Source: Leucoraja erinacea (lineage: Eukaryota). Taken from it: a stretch of DNA of 64,000 nucleotides. Made by a program: the position numbers and the translations under genes. Positions 40,356 through 51,992 of the stretch are shown here, piece by piece. The first letter of the stretch is position 1. The number at the start of each line of letters is the position of its first letter. The DNA lies in contig NC_073403.1 of assembly GCF_028641065.1 (NCBI RefSeq), positions 2,852,001 to 2,916,000 on the forward strand. Direction: 5' to 3'. The notes under the pieces were generated by a model, which worked only from the letters and a program-made list of their open reading frames with translations, searched no databases and was not told where the DNA came from.

Positions 40356-40513
40356 GTCACGCGTTCAACGAATTCATCGGACACAGGGGATACTTAATGG
40401 ATGCCAAACCCATTTTTGGATACAATGGACAGTTTGGCTACAGGAGGAACACCCCCGGCCTGAGACTGAAGCCACATATATTCGGAGATATCTTCAATCT
40501 ACCACTGCATTAG
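40356..40513 (+). CDS. SPMAP1: SPMAP1 exon 3 (with stop codon)
   Basis: TTGCAG| GHAFNEFIGHRGYLMDAKPIFGYNGQFGYRRNTPGLRLKPHIFGDIFNLPLH TAG, containing the GYRRNTP motif. AATAAA at 40701. Confidence 0.9.
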
Positions 40514-42219
40514 TGATCAGAGGATTCTTCTCTCAAGAGGACCAAGAAATCAGGAGAAAATCATACGTTTTAAATAAGGATGTCTTTTTTTTTCAAGGAC
40601 GTTAGCTATTCTGAAGGACTGACTTAAACGCAATAGCAAGGAGAGTGTTGTGAGTTGAGACAAAAGATGCGTGTGACTGAAAATATGAAGTAAATCCTTA
40701 AATAAAGCAGTTATGGAACGGCAGAATGTTATCAATGTTTGCTTAATTTGGACGTTAGTCCTGTGTTTGATATAAATCCACTTTGTAGGTGTCTCCATGT
40801 TGTATAGCAGAACACAGAACAGTACAGTGCAGGAGCAGGCCTTCTGCCTGCTATGTATATGTCAAACATGATGCCAAATTAAGATGTAGAAACAAGGAAC
40901 TGCAGATGCTGGATTACAAACCAAGACATCATCAGTGTTTAGTTTAAGAAGGAACTGCAGATGCTGGAAAAATCGAAGGTAGACAAAAAGTGCTGGAGAA
41001 ACTCAGCGGGTGCGGCAGCATCTATGAAGCGAAGGAATAGGTGAAGTTTCGGGTCGAGATCCTTCTTCAGAATGATGTGGGGGTGGTGGGGGGCGGGAAG
41101 AAGAAAGGAAGAGGCGGAGACAGTAGGCTGTGGGAGAGCTGGGAAGGGGAGGGGAAAGAGGGAGAATGCAAGGACGACCTGAAATTGGAGAAATCATTGT
41201 TCATACAGCTGGTACACAAAATTGCTGGAGAAACTCAGCGGGTGCAGCAGCATCTATGGAGCGAAGGAAATAGGCAACGTTTCGGGCCAAAACCCTTCTT
41301 CAGACCGCTGGGATGTGTTTAGTTTAGATCAGAGTGTTTAGTTTAGTTTAGTTTAGTTTAGATTAGAGCAGTTTCGAGATACAGAGCAGAATCAGGTCAT
41401 TCAGCGCACCGAGGTTGCGCCGACCAGCGATCCCCGTACACGAGCACTAACCTACACAATAGAAACATAGAAACATAGAAATTAGGTGCAGGAGTAGGCC
41501 ATTCGGCCCTTCGAGCCTGCACCGCCATTCAATATGATCATGGCTGATCATCCAACTCAGTATCCCGCACCTGCCTTCTCTCCATACCCCCTGATCCCCT
41601 TAGCCACAAGGGCCACATCTAACTCCCTCTTAAATATAGCCAATGAACTGGCCTCAACTACCCTCTGTGGCAGAGAGTTCCAGAGATTCACCACTCTCTG
41701 TGTGAAAAAAGTTTCTTCTCATCTCGGTTTTAAAGGATTTCCCCTTTATCCTTAAGCTGTGACCCCTTGTCCTGGACTTCCCTAACATCGGGAACAATCT
41801 TCCTGCATCTAGCCTGTCCAACCCCTTAAGAATTTTGTAAGTTTCTATAAGGGTCAATTTACAATCTTTATCAAAACCAATTAACAGATGGTGTAACTCA
41901 TCGATTCTGGCAGTATCTGCAGAGGGAACGGAATCATTCCCTCCATAGATACTCGACGCTCCAAAGTTGATCGATGATCATATGCGGAATGTTGCAGTTA
42001 GGAGGAGGGATAAGGAGCGGACCTTGGACGACCAAATTTGGTTCTCGATTCCCCCCCACTCTGGGCAGGAGAATCTGTGCATTTACCCGACCTATTCCCC
42101 TCGTGATTTTGTACACCTCTATGAGATCAGCATGATTGCAGAAGGGATTATTATCATCTAGTGCAGGAGGTGGCAGCAGAGTTCAGCTTTAGTGACATAG
42201 AGGAGCTGCTGTAGCGGCG

Positions 42220-42850
42220 GCCTCCAGCCGCAGGGGGCAGTAGCCGGTCCTCCAGTTGGTCCTCCGGCCCGCAGTGGGCAGTAGCTGGTCCTCCAGCCGC
42301 AGGGGGGAAGTAGCTGGTCCTCCAACCGATCCACCAGCCGGCAGGGGGCAGTATTTTCTGGTCCTCCGGCCCGCAGGGGGGGAGCAAAGATCCTATAGCA
42401 GAGCTATAGGATCTTTGGGGGGGAGGGCGGTAGCTGCTCCTCGGTCCTCCGGCCACAGGGGGCAGTAGCTGGTCCTCCAGCTGGTCCTCCGGCCCGCAGT
42501 GGGCAGTAGCTGGTCCTCCAGCCGCAGGGGGGAAGTAGCTGGTCCTCCAACCGATGCTCTCCAGCCGCAGGGGGGCAATAGCCGGTCCTCCAGCCGCAGG
42601 GGGGCAATAGCTGGTCCTCCAACCGATCCTCCAGCCACAGGGAGCAGTATTTTCTGGTCCTCCGGCCACATGGGGCAGTAGCTGGTCCTCCAGCCACTGG
42701 GGGGGCAGTAGCTGGTCCTCCAACCGATCCTCCAGCCGCAGGGGGGCAATAGCCGGTCCTCCAGCCGCAGGGGGGCAATAGCAGGTCCTCCAACCGATCC
42801 TTCAGCCGCAGGGGGCAGTATTTTCTGGTCCTCCGGCCGCAGGGGGCGGT
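42220..42850 (+). repeat. GC-rich minisatellite immediately upstream of CWC25 (unit GGTCCTCCAGCCGCAGGGGGCAGTAGCT, with variants)
   Basis: About 630 bp of degenerate tandem units. Confidence 0.92.
42385..42417. mobile_element. 33-bp TIR-only micro-element (hAT-like) with 8-bp TSD
   Basis: GGGGGGAG [CAAAGATCCTATAGC AGA GCTATAGGATCTTTG] GGGGGGAG. Confidence 0.7.
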
Positions 42851-42957
42851 CGGGTCGAGGCCGAGTCCCGGCAGTGGCGGCTGACGCTGACGCTGACGCT
42901 GACGCCGACGCTGACGCCGACGCTGACGCCGGGCCGGGGGGCAGCTGTTGGGCAGCG

Positions 42958-42975
42958 ATGGGCGGCGGGGATCTG
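42958..42975 (+). CDS. CWC25: CWC25 spliceosome-associated protein, coding exon 1; exons 1-9 span 42958-63187, last exon beyond the window
   Basis: ATG GGC GGC GGG GAT CTG|GTGAGT = MGGGDL, within a CpG island. Confidence 0.93.
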
Positions 42976-43433
42976 GTGAGTGTCCGACACACACACACAC
43001 ACACGGGCCCGGGGAGAGGGGAGACCGGGGACGGGGAACGAGAGAGAGAGAGAGAGAGAGGCATGGAATCGAGGGGCTCGGGCACACTGAGGCCTAGCGG
43101 ATGTGGAGGGGAGGGGGAGGGGAGGGGGGAGAGAATGAGGGCTGAGTCAAGTGAGGGGTGGATGGATGGAGGGGGAGAGAGTGCCAGAGGAGGAGGGAAG
43201 GAGTGGAGGAGGAGAGGAGATGAGGAAGGGGAGGGAATTTGGTGTCTTGGTCCTCCAAAATATTCCAAATGGAATTTAAACTGTGGAGGTGGTGGAGGGA
43301 GGGCTGAAGCCAGAAAGGGTTATTGGGAAGAAAGAGCTACTTTAAATTTAGTTGAGGAGGGGAGAGAATGAGAGGAGATGAGGAATGGGGAGGGAATGAG
43401 GGGTGATGGCGAGCTGGAGGGGAGGGGAGGGGT

Positions 43434-43765
43434 TGTGTCCTGTCAAAGTGATCCACCTGTGTCCTGTCGAAGTGACCCAGTTGTGTCCTGTCAAAGTAAT
43501 CCACCTGTGTCCTGTCAGAGTGATCCACCTGTGTCCTGTCAGAGTGATCCACCTGTGTCCTGTCAGAGTGATCCACCTGTGTCCTGTCGAAGTGACCACC
43601 TGTGTCCTGTCAGAGTGATCCACCTGTGTCCTGTCAAAGTGACCACCTGTGTCCTGTCGAAGTGATCCACCTGTGTCTTGTCAAAGTGATCCACCTGTGT
43701 CCTGTCAAAGTGACCCACCTGTGTCCTGTCAAAGTGACCCACCTGTGTCCTGTCAAAGTGACCCA
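43434..43765 (+). repeat. Minisatellite of ~14 x 23-24 bp (CACCTGTGTCCTGTCAAAGTGATC) in CWC25 intron 1
   Basis: Contiguous near-identical units with no spacers. Confidence 0.95.
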
Positions 43766-44177
43766 GTGCCATCATAACCCATGTCTTGGTTTCTTGGTCC
43801 TCCCAAAATATTCCAAATGGAATTTAAACTGGAGGTGGTGGAGGAAGGGCTGAAGCCAGAAAGGGTCTTTGGGAAGAAAGGGCTACTACCTGTGAGGGGT
43901 GGGAGGTGATTATTTTTGTTGTGAGTTTTTCAATCCTGTTTACCAGCAAGGATAGACACAAAGCACTGGGGTAACTCAGCAGGCCAGGCAGCATCTCTGG
44001 AGAACAGCGACAGGTGATGGTTCGGGTCCTTCAAGGACTTTGGAAGTTACTCTGACGTTCGACAAAGCGCAGGCAGACACCACACTGAAGACTAATGTCA
44101 AGCATTAACTCTGCTCCTACTCTCCTCTTCTGTATCAAAGTGCTATGGGTTGTTTTCAAGCACAGTACAGTCCAGAA

Positions 44178-45037
44178 CCTTGCATTCCCTCTATCTCCAT
44201 CCCTTCCCCACCCTAGTTCTCCAATTAGTTTCACTGTCCTCCTGATTCATTTTCCTGTTTGCATGCCTCGTTGTCAGCTTCCCTTCAGTCAACAATGAAC
44301 TATTGTACATTTCCTTGATCAATGTCTGCTTTGATCTGTCCTTTTCATACCTTACATGCTCTTTGTACCCTTCCATACCTCTAGTTTCCCTCTCCCCTTG
44401 CTCCCAATCTGAAGAAGGGTCTTGACCCGAAACATCAACCATTCCTTCTCTCCAAAGATGCTGCCTGACCCTGAGTTGCTTGATCATTTTGTGCCTATCT
44501 TTGGTGTAAACCGGCATCTGCAGTTCCTTCCTACACAGTACAGAGATTGTTGCACCTCCTCCAACCTCATCTACTGTAGCCGCTGTTCCAGGTGTCAGCT
44601 TCTGTACACATCGACGAGACCAAGTCCAGGTTCGGCGATTGTTTCGCTAAACACCTCCGCTCAGTCCGCCTCAACCTACCTGACCTCCCGGTTGCTCAGC
44701 ACTTTAACTTCCCCTCCCATTCCCAATCTGACCTTTCTGTCCTGGGACTCTTCCATTGTCAGTGTGAGGCCCAGCGTAAATTGGAGGAACAGCACCTCAT
44801 ATTTCGCTTGGGTAGCTTACACCCCAGCGGTATAAACATTGACTTCGCTATCTTCAAATAGCCCTTGCTTTACTTCTGTCTCCATCCCTTCCCCTTCCCA
44901 GTTCTCCCACCAGTCTTACTGTCTCCAACTTTCTATCCCTGTCCCGTCCACTCCCCCGACATCAGTCTCGACCCGAAACGTTGCCCATTCCTTCTCTCCA
45001 GAGATGCTGCCTGTCCCGCTGAGTTACTCCAGCATTT
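44178..45037 (+). mobile_element. Penelope-like element 3' fragment, partial-tandem arrangement
   Basis: CTSSNLIYC.RC...ETK.RF....KHLRS......LPVAQHFN...H......LEEQHLIFRLGSLHPSGINIDF (GIY-YIG), flanked by two 3'UTR/hammerhead segments (44409 and ~44962). Confidence 0.82.
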
Positions 45038-46217
45038 CTTTGGGAAGATGTGATGGCTCTAATGAGAGTGCAGGAAAGCTCTCCCGCTTTTCCCAAATAA
45101 CTGTTTGAAATGCTAACATTCTTTTCAGCACAATGTTTAGTTTAGTTTATCATTGTCAACGTGTGCTGAGGTACAGTGAAAAGCTTTTTTATTGTATGCT
45201 ATCCAGTCAGCGAAAAGACTGTCCATGACTGTACATCCCTAATCTGAGGAAAAACATTCTTACCATAGAGGGAGTACAGAGAAGGTTCACCAGACTGATT
45301 CCTGGGATGTCAGGACTTTCATATGAAGAAAGACTGGATAGACTCGGCTTGTACTCGCTAGAATTTAGAAGATTGAGGGGGGGATCTTATAGACACTTAC
45401 AAAATTCTTAAGGGTTGGACAGGCTAGATGCAGGAAGATTGTTCCCGATGTTGGGGAAGTCCAGAACAAGGGGTCACAGTTTAAGGACAAGGGGGAAATG
45501 AGAAAGGACCGAGATGAGAAAAACATTTTTCACACAGAGAGTGGTGAATCTGTGGAATTCTCTGCCACAGAAGGTAGTTGAGACCAGTTCATTGGCTATA
45601 TTTAAGAGGGAGTTAGATGTGGCCCTTGTGGCTAAAGGGATCAGGGGGTATGGAGAGAAGGCAGGGATGGGATACTGAGTTGGATGATCAGCCATGATCA
45701 TATCGAATGGTGGTGCAGGCTCGAAGGGCTGAATGGCCTACACCTGCACCTATTTTCTATGTTTCTATGTTTCTATTACAATCAAGCCAAGTTGGTGTAT
45801 AGATACAGGATAAGGGAATATCATTTAGTGAAGTCTAATGACCGATTAAAGTTTTCCGAGGGTCTCCAGTGAGGTAGATGTTTGCTCAGGACTGCGCTCT
45901 GGTTGGTGATAGGATGGTTCAGTTGCCTGATAACAGCTGGGAGGAAACTGTTGCTGAATCTGGAGGTGTGCGTTTTCACACTTCTATACCTCTTGCCTGA
46001 TGGGAGAGGGGAGAAGAGGGAGTGGCCTGGGGTGAGACTGGTCCCTGATGATGCTGGCCTTGCCGAGGTAGATGGGAGGGAGGGAGGTTGGTTTGCGTGA
46101 TGGTCTAGGCTGTGTCCGCAGCTCTCTAAATTCCCGTATTCTTATCCTTGCTGATCTTTTTCTTCTGAATTATATGGCTTATTTCAAAGTAAAATCTCCT
46201 TCATCTGTCACTTGCAG

Positions 46218-46390
46218 AATCTAAAGAAGAGCTGGCATCCACAGACCTTGAAAAATGTTGAACGAGTGTGGAAGGCAGAGCAGAAACATGAAGCGGAAAA
46301 GAAAAAGATTGAGGAGCTTCAGCGGGAGCTCCGCGAGGAGCGAGCCCGAGAAGAGATGCAACGCCATGCGGAGGATAGCGGGGCCATGAA
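46218..46390 (+). CDS. CWC25: CWC25 exon 2
   Basis: TTGCAG| NLKKSWHPQTLKNVERVWKAEQKHEAEKKKIEELQRELREERAREEMQRHAEDSGAM AA|GTAAGT. Confidence 0.96.
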
Positions 46391-48908
46391 GTAAGTCGCT
46401 AGCGTTCTGGCCGTTTGCGCGCTGACTGCAAAACGGAGGAAGCCAGGAAAGCAAGAATCAATGAAGATAGACACCAATTGCCGGAGTAACTCAGCAGGTA
46501 AGGCAACATCTTTGGATAAAAAGGAATAGGTAACATTTTGGGCCAAGACCCTTCTTCAGATTGAGAGTCAGGGGAAAGGGAAACTAGAAGCATGTCTGAA
46601 GAAGGTTATCGACCCGAAACGTCACTTATTCCTTTTCTCCAGAGATGCTGCCTGTCCCGCTGAGTTACTCCTCCAGCATTTGGTGTCTATCTTCGGTGTA
46701 AACCAGCACCTGCAGCCTTAGAAATTAGAAACGGTATCGGGCCTGTGAAAGAACATCAGTGCACAATTCTGCCTTTTTTGCTTTACCCTCAAACTCCCTT
46801 TCCAATAAATCCTTACAGGCTTTTAAATCTATTTATAAAACAAGATTTTAATCTTAGTTTCAAGCCGACTGTTCTCGATCCTGACAGGTGAAGTCGATTC
46901 CCTTTCGCACCTCCCTATATCTATTGTGTGGGAATAAACTGCAGGTGCTGGTTTATACCCAAGATAGACACAAAATGCTGGAGTAACTCGGCAGGTCAGG
47001 CAACATCTTTGGAGTAAGAGGATGGGTGATGTTTTGGATCGGAACCTTTCCTCAGACTCAGAAGATGGGTTTCCAACCCATCCTTTTTCTCCAGAGATGC
47101 TGCTTAACCCGCTGAGTTAATCCAGCACTTTGTGTCTAACTTCCATAAATCTCTTGACGGTATTTAAGCCACACATTTCGACAACACCATAGCCATCTTG
47201 ATTGTGGGTGAACTGTCACTATATGTCATGTTGTTACTTGCGGGCAGAGCACCAAGGCAAATTCCTTGTATATGAATACTTGGCCAATAAACTTATTCAT
47301 TCATTCATAAATGCATTCATTCATGGATAATTACCCCATCAATTGAGCTGTGTGACCGCATCTTTATAAATTAGTTTGATATTTTTAAGCTCTTATTTAT
47401 TAATAGCAACGCTCCACTGATAATATGTGTCTGGGTAAGTTACGCATCTTTTATGGAGAAAGTTTGCTGTTCTTTCTTTCCACCACTCTAAAATGTATTA
47501 GCAATAATTAATCTGTAGTTCTAAAGACAGAAAAAATATTTAGACCTTTGGCAAATCTTATGTCCTGGCTTATGAAGGGTTTCTGAGAAGATGCCGAAAA
47601 ATGCAAAAATTAAAGGCTAATCAAGATTTTTGTGCTTGTTGAAAAAGGGAAAGAAAGTTGCAGATACTGGAAAACTGAAGTAAAATGAAGAAAGAGCTGA
47701 GTGGGACCTAATTTGTTGTTTGTTTCACTATCATAGATTGCATGTGGTGGGCTGAAGGGCCTGTTTCTGTGCTGTACAAATCCATGCATCTGTGTCTCTG
47801 AGATTCTAAAGAGGCCTTGAATATTCTGGATTTATTTGTGTTATTTCTTTCATTTCCTTTCATGTTGACAAAATTGAATTTTTATTTTTTTGAAGAAAAT
47901 GTCTCTCAAGAGACATTAATTTGAGATTTTAAATTGGAATTGGTAATATCGAGAATGAGCACAGTTAATTAGTTTAGTTTGTTGTGTTTAGTTTATTATG
48001 CCGTGAAAAGCTTAGCGTACAGTCTCAACTTATTAAAATCTACCTTGTCTGTTCAGTGGTAGACTCAAACAGCATGGAAGTTGGTTCTTCAGCCCAACAT
48101 GTCCATGCCAATCAAGATGTCCTTATGTGCCATTTATCCGTCTTTAGAACATGGAACATGGTAGAGTACAAGAACAAGGTTATTCGGCCCACAATATCAG
48201 TGCCAAACATGAGGCCAAGATAGATTATCATTATAGACAATAGATGCCATTCGGCCCTTCGAGCCAGCACCACCATTCAATGTGATCATAGCTGATCATC
48301 CCCAATCAGTACCCCCATTCCTACCTTCTCCCCATTTTCATAGAAACATAGAAAATAGGTGCAGGAGTAGGCCATTCGGCCCTTCGAGCCTGCACCGCCA
48401 TTCAATATGATCATGGCTGATCATCCAACTCAGTATCCCGTACCTGCCTTCTCTCCATACCCCCTGATCCCCTTAGCCACAAGGGCCACATCTAACTCCC
48501 TCTTAAATATATACAATGAACTGGCCTCAACTACCCTCTGTGGCAGAGAGTTCCAGAGATTCACCACTCTCTGTGTGAAAAAGTGAAAATTTTGATATTC
48601 GTTCATGACATAATCTGGATTGGCAGCTTGTTCGTAGATTAAAGATAGACACAAAATGCTGGAGTAACTCAGCGGGACAGGCAACATCTCTGGAGAGAAG
48701 GAATGGGTGACGTTTTGGGTCGAGACCCTTCTTCAGATGTTTATTTTGATTGTATGATACAGTGGCACCTGTGGCGTATATAAGTCCCCAGAGGTCTCCT
48801 CAGTGTGAAAGTATGGATTGAGTTTATACAGTTGCCCCCTCCTTGTCTGACTTCCTCGAGCTCTTCGCAGTGTTAAAGTGTAATGTCAGGTTGGATTTTT
48901 GTCTGCAG

Positions 48909-49145
48909 AAAGAAATCGGACCGTCTCGACTGGATGTACCAAGGCCCCTGTGCTATGGTGAACAAGGAGGACTACTTGCTGGGCAGACCCATCGACAAGT
49001 ACGCCACCGACAAGATGGTGGACGAGGAGTCTGGCCCTTCTTCAGACACTGGGCTACTTCCTGGCTCCATCTTCACGGCCACAGGGGCGAACTCTGCCTT
49101 GGATATGGCTTCCAAAATCCGGGAGGATCCACTGTTTACAATCAG
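48909..49145 (+). CDS. CWC25: CWC25 exon 3
   Basis: CTGCAG| KKSDRLDWMYQGP...YLLGRPIDK...DMASKIREDPLFTI AG|GTGGGA. Confidence 0.96.
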
Positions 49146-49837
49146 GTGGGAAAACTTGCTGCCTTCCATGCACTGATACTCAAGAGTAAGATCATGCAAC
49201 GGTACAGCACAGGAATGGACCCTTCGGCCCACAGTGTTTGTGCTGAACACAATGCTGTTAAACTGATCTATTCTGCCTGCACGTGATCCATATACCTCTC
49301 TATCCCTTGCACCTCCATGTGCATATCTAAAAGCCTCGTAAAAGTCATTGTCGCATCTGCCTCCACCACCACTCTTGGCAATGCGTCCCAGGCACCCATC
49401 GCTCTCTGTGTAAAACAAAGCTTGTCCTACACATTTCCTTAAAACTTCCCCACTCTCACTTCTGCTTCTTCTGCTTCTTCTTGTGTGGCGTGCACAGCCT
49501 AAAGTTGTAGGACAGCTTGGTCTATTTGGTCTTCTGTTTGTGCACGTCGAGTCGATTGCATTAGTCGAAACAGGGCGGACCACGTGAAGGTTGCAATCTT
49601 CCACCACCCCCCCCCCCCCCCCCCCCCCCCACCACTCTCACTTTATAGTGTTGGACGTTTCCACCCTGGGGGGTAAAAAAGGTTCTGACTGTCAACCCTG
49701 TCTATGTCACATACCAAAAGTTAGCTTGTTGGGAGAGAGATGAAGCCAGAAGGTTCTGGAATCTTTCAGCTTGATCTGTGTTACGCTGTACGTACACTGC
49801 TCCTTGATCCAACAATATCATGATCACATTTGACTTA

Positions 49838-50197
49838 ACCATATAACCATATAACAATTACAGCACGGAAACAGGCCATCTCGACCCTTCTAGTCCGTGC
49901 CGAACACGTATTCTCCCCTAGTCCCATACACCTGCGCTCAGACCATAACCTTCCATTCCCTTCCCGTCCATATAACTATCCAATTTATTTTTAAATGATA
50001 AAAACGAACCTGCCTCCACCACCTTCACTGGAAGCTCATTCCACACCGCCACCACTCTCTGAGTAAAGAAGTTCCCCCTCATGTTACCCCTAAACTTCAG
50101 TCCCTTAATTCTCAAGTCATGTCCCCTTGTTTGAATCTTCCCTACTCTCAGTGGGAAAAGCTTGTCCACATCAACTCTGTCTATCCCTCTCATCATC
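49838..50197 (-). mobile_element. CR1-clade LINE 3' fragment, third subfamily ((ATATGGTT)n tail)
   Basis: MRGIDRVDVDKLFPLRVGKIQTRGH...FFTQRVVAVWNELP. Confidence 0.85.
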
Positions 50198-50849
50198 TTT
50201 AAGGAAGGGATTTAAGAGAATCATCCACTGACCCATTTTATCGATGAAGTTCATAGAAGGATGAGTGGGGACCTCATTGGAACTTACCAAATAGGGAAAG
50301 GGTCAGATAGAGAGAATGTGGAGAGGATGGTTCCACTAGTGGGAAAGTCTAGGACCGGAGACCCTAGCCTCAGTAAAAGGATGTACCTTTAGAAAGGAGA
50401 TGAGGAGGAATTTCTCTGGTCAGATGCTGATGAATCTGGGGAATTCAATGCCACAGATGGCTGTGGAGGCCAAGTCAATGGACGTTTTTAAGGCAGAGAT
50501 AGATATATTCTTGATTAGTACTGGGTGTCGGGTTATGGGGAGAAGGCAGGAGAATGGGGTTAAGAGGAGAGATAGATCAGCCATGGTTGAATGACAGAGT
50601 AGACTTGAAGGACCGAATGGCCTAATTCTGTTCCTATCACTTATGAACTTATAGGGAAGGGAACCAAGGCATCCCATCCATAGTTTACAGGTGGCAAATG
50701 TGTTTCCCTATCAGTCTCAAAATGCTGGGTGAATGCAAGACCTGCCGCTCCCAATTTGATTATTTAAATACCTCGTCCTCCTTATTTTGACAGTAACAGA
50801 AGACGTTTATGGTATTGATTTTTATTGTTAAATAAATTGATGCTTGCAG

Positions 50850-50919
50850 GAAGCGTGAGGAAGAGAAAAAGAGAGAGACTTTAACTAATCCCATGAAAAT
50901 GAAGATGATCAGAGAAATG
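50850..50919 (+). CDS. CWC25: CWC25 exon 4
   Basis: TTGCAG| RKREEEKKRETLTNPMKMKMIREM |GTGAGT. Confidence 0.93.
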
Positions 50920-51079
50920 GTGAGTTGGCCTTCGTCTAGAGCTGCTGCCTCATGGGGCCAGAGACTCTGATTTGATCCAGACCTTGGGAACTGTCTGTGT
51001 GAAGTTTGCACGCTCTCACTGTGACCGCGCGCGGGTTTCTCACGGATGCTCTGGTTTCCTCGCACATCCCAGGCATCCC

Positions 51080-51992
51080 ACGAGGATGCTAGGCGACTGC
51101 AGAGCATGCTAGGAGGCTGCAAGGTGACTTGGATAGGCTGGGTGAGTGGGCAAATGCATGGCAGATGCAGTATAATGTGGATAAATGTGAGGTTATCCAC
51201 TTTGGTGACAAAAACAGGAAAGCTGACTATTATCTAAATGGTGGCCGATTAGGAAAAGGGGAGATGCAACGAGACCTGGGTGTCATGGTACACCAGTCAG
51301 TGAAAGTAGGCATGCAGGTGCAGCAGGCAAGTGAAGAAAGCGAATGGCATGTTAACATTCATAGCAAAAGGATTTGAGTATAGGAGCAGGGAGGTTCTAC
51401 TGCAGTTGTACAGGGTCTTGGTGAGACCACTCCTGGAGTATTGCGTACAGTTTTGGTCTCCTAATCTGAGGAAAGACATTCTTGCCATAGAGGAAGTGCA
51501 GAGAAGGTTCACCAGACTGATTCCTGGGATGTCAGGACTTTCATATGAAGAAAGACTGGATAGACTCGGCTTGTACTAGCTAGAATTTGGGAGATTGAGG
51601 GGGGATCTTATAGAAACTTACAAAATTCTTAAGGGGTTGGACAGGCTAGATGCAGGAAGATTGTTCCCGATGTTGGGGAAGTCCAGGACAAGGGGTCACA
51701 GCTTAAGGATAGAGGGGAAATCCTTTAGGACCAAGATGAGAAAAACTTTTTTCACACAGAGAGTGGTGAATCTCTGGAACTCTTTGCCACAGAAGGTAGT
51801 TGAGGCCAGTTCATTGGCTATATTTAAGAGGGAGCTAGATGTGGAACTTGTAGCTAAAGGGATCAGGGGGTATGGAGAGAAGGCAGGTACAGGATACTGG
51901 GTTGTATGATCATCCATGATCATATTGAATGGCGGTGCAGGCTCGAAGGGCCGAATGGCCTACTCCTGCACCTATTTTCTATCTTCCTATGT
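51080..51992 (+). mobile_element. CR1-clade LINE 3' fragment
   Basis: WQMQYNVDKCEVIHFG...YCVQFWSP...FFTQRVVNLWNSLP plus 3'UTR. Confidence 0.92.

Noticed and set aside
42154-43371. ORFs of 165-291 aa around the CWC25 promoter
   Set aside because: They derive from repeats. Only MGGGDL, followed by the GTGAGT donor, is supported as coding.
43434-43765. CRISPR-like array
   Set aside because: Units are contiguous with no unique spacers, there are no cas genes, and the context is eukaryotic; it is a minisatellite.
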